IMG/VR virus record: IMGVR_UViG_3300037307_000890
Span: 1-35,987 of that record
Length of the DNA stretch: 35,987 nt
Origin: a virus
Taxonomy: Duplodnaviria > Caudoviricetes
Reading direction: 5' to 3' (one strand)
Under the pieces are notes generated by a model. That model was not told the origin of the DNA and made no database searches. It saw nothing but the letters and a program-made list of their open reading frames with translations. Positions 32,671 to 35,987 of this stretch are shown in pieces (position 1 is the first letter of the stretch; the number at the start of each line of letters is the position of its first letter). A program made the position numbers and the translations under genes.

Positions 32671-34886
32671 TGCCGGCCGTCCACGTGCCCCGACCGACCG
32701 TCGAGGAACGGATCCGCGCTGCGACCTGGTTCGCCGCCCACGGCTTCGGCGTATTCAGCGTCTGGAGCACGGACGCCGACGGGACGTGCCGCTGCCCAAA
32801 GGGTCGCGCCTGCGATAACGCGGGCAAGCACCCGATCGGCCGCCAGGGCTTCCTCGGGCACACCTCCGATCCCGGGCGCATCCGGATCCTGCTGTCGGCC
32901 GGGTCGGAGCCCAACTACGGCCTCGTCTGCCCCGACGGGGTGTTCGTGCTCGACGTCGACGGCGACGGGGTCGCGCGGCTGGTCGAGCTCGAGGCCACGC
33001 TCGGCCCGCTCCCGCCGACGCTGCGCACGAACACGGCGCACGGCCAGCACGTGTTCCTCCGCTGGCCGGCCGACCACCCGCGACCCATCGGCCAGCTGTT
33101 CGGCTATGTGACGCGCTGGGGCTCGGGTGCGGGGGCGGGCTACGTGATCGGGCCGCGCTCGGTCCACGCCACGGGCGCTGTCTATGCGCCCGCCAGCGCC
33201 GACGTCGAGATCGCCACCCTGCCCGAGGCCTGGGTCCGCGCGGCGATCGCAAAGCAGCCGGTCGACGGGGCGATCACGGTGACCGGGGCGCGGCCCGCGT
33301 CGGCGATCGCCGTCGGGCAGCGCCATGCCTACCTGCGCGATCGTGCGCGCCACCTGCGCGGCGTCGGCCTCTCGGGCGAGGCACTGTTCGCCGCCGTCAT
33401 GGACCTCAACCACCAGCTGCCCGAGCCCAAGTCGGCCGAGGACGTGCGCCGGGCGATCGGCGACGTCGAGGCCAGGTTCGGCCCGGACCCGATCGACCCA
33501 GCCACCGGCAGGACGGCCGCGCTGCCCGCCCCCGAGCTCGAGGACGCCCCACTGACCGAGTTCGCGTCCGAGCCCGTGCGTTGGCTGTGGGATGCCTGGC
33601 TGCCGCGCGGCGTGGTCACGCTCATGGACGGCAACCCGGGGGTCAGCAAGAGCACGCTCGTCGCCGATCTCGTCGCCCGGATCACGACCGGGCGGTGCTG
33701 GCCCGACGGCAGCGCAGGTGACGGCCGCGCCGGACGGGCAATGTGGATCACGACCGAGGACGACCCCGGGCGGGTCCTGCGACCGCGGATCGAGGCCGCC
33801 GGCGGCGATGCCTCGCTCGTGCGGTTCGTGAAGGGCGAGGTCGTCTTCCCGTCGGGTGCCGGACCGTTCACCGACCTCGTCGTGCGCCGTGCGGCCGAGC
33901 CCCTGGGCCTTGCGCTCGTCATCCTCGACCCGCTCTTCTCCCACATCGACGCCACGGTCCGGACGATCGCCGACGCCGAGATGCGCAAGGGCGTCATGAA
34001 CCCCCTCACCGCGGCCGCCGAGGCCGCCGGCGTCGCGATCCTCGTCGTCCGCCACTTCAGCAAGGACACGACGGCCTCAGCGATCAACCGGGGCGCTGGC
34101 TCGCTCGGCGGAATCGTGGGCGCGGCGCGGGCCCTCTGGACCGTCGTGCCCGACCCGCACGACGAGTCGGGCGAGGCGAAGGTCGTCGGCGTCTCCAAGC
34201 TCAACTACGCCCGGGTGCACAAGGCCCTCCGGTACCGCGTCGTCGACCGCATGCCGCCAGGCTGGGTCGCAGGATCGGTGTCGGGCATCGAGTGGCTGGG
34301 CGAGGCGTCGAGCTCGATCGAGGCGATGCTTGGCGCGGGTCCTCGGTCGCTCGAGGCGACCCACGCGCTGGAGGAGATCCTCGCCGAGGGGCGGGTTGAC
34401 GCGCGCGCGGGCGAGGCCAGGATGCGGGCCCGGGGGTTCGGCGCGTCGGCGATCAAGGGCGCCCGGGCCGCGCTCGGGGTCAAGCCGCACAAGAGCGGGA
34501 TGACCGGCGGCTGGACGTGGGAGCTGCCCGCGCCCGAAGAAGCCGATGCCACCGACGCCTTGGAAGGCGCCGAAGATGACGGCCCGACTTCTTCGACGTC
34601 TTCGGCATCTCGCGCAGGCGCGCGCGGGCGGGAAGAGCCCGCTTCTTCGACTTCTTCGGATTCTTCGAAGGAGCCGGAGACGCCGAAGAAGTCGAAGGCG
34701 TCGGCGCTTCCCGCGGGCGCGCCCGCGCGCGAGGACGGCCCCGCACTCCGGGTCGTGCCGCCGGCCTCCGACGTCCACGTCCCCTGCTTCTTCTACCGCG
34801 AGCACCAGTTCAAGCACGCGCGGATCCCCGGCACCGACCGGTTCGGCTGCCCGATCTGCCACTCCGAGGAGGGACCCATCGCATGA
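32667..34886 (+). CDS. Bifunctional primase/polymerase fused to an AAA (RepA-like) helicase
   Basis: C.C...C..AGKHP, NYGL, VLDVD, G.H..L, GYVIGP.S.H; WLW..WLP.G, GNPGVSKST, EDD, ILDP, VRH.SK, GS..IVGAAR, SKLN. Confidence 0.9.
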   Translation: MMPAVHVPRPTVEERIRAATWFAAHGFGVFSVWSTDADGTCRCPKGRACDNAGKHPIGRQGFLGHTSDPGRIRILLSAGSEPNYGLVCPDGVFVLDVDGDGVARLVELEATLGPLPPTLRTNTAHGQHVFLRWPADHPRPIGQLFGYVTRWGSGAGAGYVIGPRSVHATGAVYAPASADVEIATLPEAWVRAAIAKQPVDGAITVTGARPASAIAVGQRHAYLRDRARHLRGVGLSGEALFAAVMDLNHQLPEPKSAEDVRRAIGDVEARFGPDPIDPATGRTAALPAPELEDAPLTEFASEPVRWLWDAWLPRGVVTLMDGNPGVSKSTLVADLVARITTGRCWPDGSAGDGRAGRAMWITTEDDPGRVLRPRIEAAGGDASLVRFVKGEVVFPSGAGPFTDLVVRRAAEPLGLALVILDPLFSHIDATVRTIADAEMRKGVMNPLTAAAEAAGVAILVVRHFSKDTTASAINRGAGSLGGIVGAARALWTVVPDPHDESGEAKVVGVSKLNYARVHKALRYRVVDRMPPGWVAGSVSGIEWLGEASSSIEAMLGAGPRSLEATHALEEILAEGRVDARAGEARMRARGFGASAIKGARAALGVKPHKSGMTGGWTWELPAPEEADATDALEGAEDDGPTSSTSSASRAGARGREEPASSTSSDSSKEPETPKKSKASALPAGAPAREDGPALRVVPPASDVHVPCFFYREHQFKHARIPGTDRFGCPICHSEEGPIA
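34535..34701. repeat. 9-bp CGAAG/CTTCG repeat arrays in alternating orientation (iteron-like)
   Basis: CGAAGAAGC...CGAAGATGA, then ACTTCTTCG ACGTCTTCG, then GCTTCTTCG ACTTCTTCG GATTCTTCG, then CGAAGGAGC CGGAGACGC CGAAGAAGT CGAAGGCGT. Confidence 0.75.
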
Positions 34887-35674
34887 CCGCCGCGACCGTC
34901 ACCCGTCCGCGAGCCAAGGCCGCCACGCCGGCCGAGGGCGTCGTCCGCACCGCTCGCCACCTCTACTACTTCAACGGGCAGGGCCCCTGGCCCGGTGTCA
35001 CGTCGATCACCCGGGTGCTCGACGCGCCGGCGCTCACCAACTGGAAGCTCGGCGAGGTCGCGCGGTCAGCGGTCGAGAACGCCGAGCGGCTCATCCGCGA
35101 CCGCGAGGCCGGCAAGGTCGACGCGGCGGTGAAGTACCTCACGACCCTGTCGACCTCGGCCATGGACCGCGGCTCGCGAATCCACGGCAACATCGAGTCG
35201 ATCCTGCGGCGCGAGCCGTTCACCCCCGACCCGCGTGACGCGGACGCGGTCGCAGGAGCCCGCGCCTGGCTGAACCAGCAGGTGAGGGAGCACGGCCTGC
35301 GGCCGATCGAGGTCGAGGCGTTCCTGATCAACGAGACCCTCGGCTACGGCGGCACGCTCGACCTCATCGCCGAGCTCGATGGCGAGGTCTGGCTGCTCGA
35401 CTGGAAGACCGGGAAGTCGGTCGCCTGGCCGGACGGGAGGGTGTACGCCGACCACCGGCTCCAGCTCGCGGCCTACGCCCACGCCGGGTTCATCGCCCGG
35501 ATCGGCGACCCCGAACGCTACGCGTTGCCGGTGGTGACGCGGTTTGGCATCGTCCACGTGACCGACGGTGGCACGCGCCTCTACGAGGCCGACGTCACGG
35601 AGCGCGACTGGATCGCCTTCCGCGCCTGCCTGAACCTGTGGGACTGGCAGAAGAACGGCGGCAAGGCGGCGTGA
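34883..35674 (+). CDS. PD-(D/E)XK exonuclease (phage recombination/Cas4-like)
   Basis: PGVTSI, A..RGS.IH, YGGTLD...LLDWKT, LQLAAY. Confidence 0.85.
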   Translation: MTAATVTRPRAKAATPAEGVVRTARHLYYFNGQGPWPGVTSITRVLDAPALTNWKLGEVARSAVENAERLIRDREAGKVDAAVKYLTTLSTSAMDRGSRIHGNIESILRREPFTPDPRDADAVAGARAWLNQQVREHGLRPIEVEAFLINETLGYGGTLDLIAELDGEVWLLDWKTGKSVAWPDGRVYADHRLQLAAYAHAGFIARIGDPERYALPVVTRFGIVHVTDGGTRLYEADVTERDWIAFRACLNLWDWQKNGGKAA

Positions 35675-35987
35675 CCACGGTCCACGAGGTGATCGCGATC
35701 GAGGTCCGCGGCACCCCGGTGCCGCAGGGATCCGGGCGGTCTTTCGTGTCTGGTGGCCGAGCCGTCCACGTGACGAGGACCGCGCCCCTGCTCGCCTGGC
35801 GCGGGGCGATCGCGACGGAGGCCCGGGCCGCCATGGCCGGGCGCCCGCTGGCGGAGGGGCCCCGTCGCCCTCGAGGTGGAGTTCCGCCCCGCGGCCCGGC
35901 CCCAGGCGCACTGGCTGCCGGCGGGGATCCGGCGTGTGGCCCGCATCCTGCGCCTCGACGCCCCGCTCTGGCACACGAGCTCGCCTG
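35671..35987 (+). CDS. rusA: RusA-family Holliday junction resolvase, truncated by the window end and with an apparent +1 frameshift
   Basis: V.GTPVPQGS, W...IA..A..AM, EGP; removing one C at 35860-35863 restores GPVALEVEF...RP..HW...AP.WHTSSP(D). Confidence 0.8.
   Translation, partial: MTTVHEVIAIEVRGTPVPQGSGRSFVSGGRAVHVTRTAPLLAWRGAIATEARAAMAGRPLAEGPRRPRGGVPPRGPAPGALAAGGDPACGPHPAPRRPALAHELA

Larger units (their letters stand above)
1..35987 (+). mobile_element. Siphovirus-like phage/prophage genome, near complete and circularly permuted; ends not visible
   Basis: Co-oriented lysis, packaging, head, tail and replication modules, many coupled by ATGA/GTGA/TGATG overlaps; no host housekeeping genes in the window. 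Confidence 0.95.

Noticed and set aside
33630-33656. Helicase Walker A variant GNPGVSKST as evidence of inactivation
   Set aside because: Catalytic Lys-Ser and all downstream motifs are intact; cannot be called defective by eye
1-35987. Terminal redundancy indicating a closed circle
   Set aside because: The window ends inside rusA and does not match the first bases, so some sequence is missing

Overview
Very GC-rich window that is almost entirely one siphovirus-type phage or prophage, read in circularly permuted order. The order is lysis (three small membrane proteins plus an amidase endolysin), HNH, DNA methyltransferase, terminase, portal/scaffold/capsid, then connector and tail genes (with a -1 frameshifting chaperone, tape measure, Dit, hub/fibres). 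Next comes a 9.1 kb cargo cassette (exported accessory protein, a 2546-aa signal-peptide-bearing RHS/YD toxin with a PD-(D/E)XK nuclease tip, and an acidic immunity candidate). The window ends with an SOS-box region, regulator, CCGG repeat array and replication/recombination genes (SSB-like, HNH, primase-helicase, exonuclease, truncated RusA). No integrase, CI-type repressor, tRNA, rRNA or CRISPR is visible. The most notable points are the phage-borne secreted RHS toxin-immunity system with Cys-paired inserts, a tail-fibre tip whose histidine spacing is an exact mirror image, a LexA-type box where integrase and repressor would be expected, and several morons (UDG-fold protein, GIY-YIG operon, GNAT). 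The host cannot be determined; the GC content and the GAAC-N4-GTTC box fit Actinomycetota or Chloroflexota. All family calls come from motif reading by eye, not database searches.
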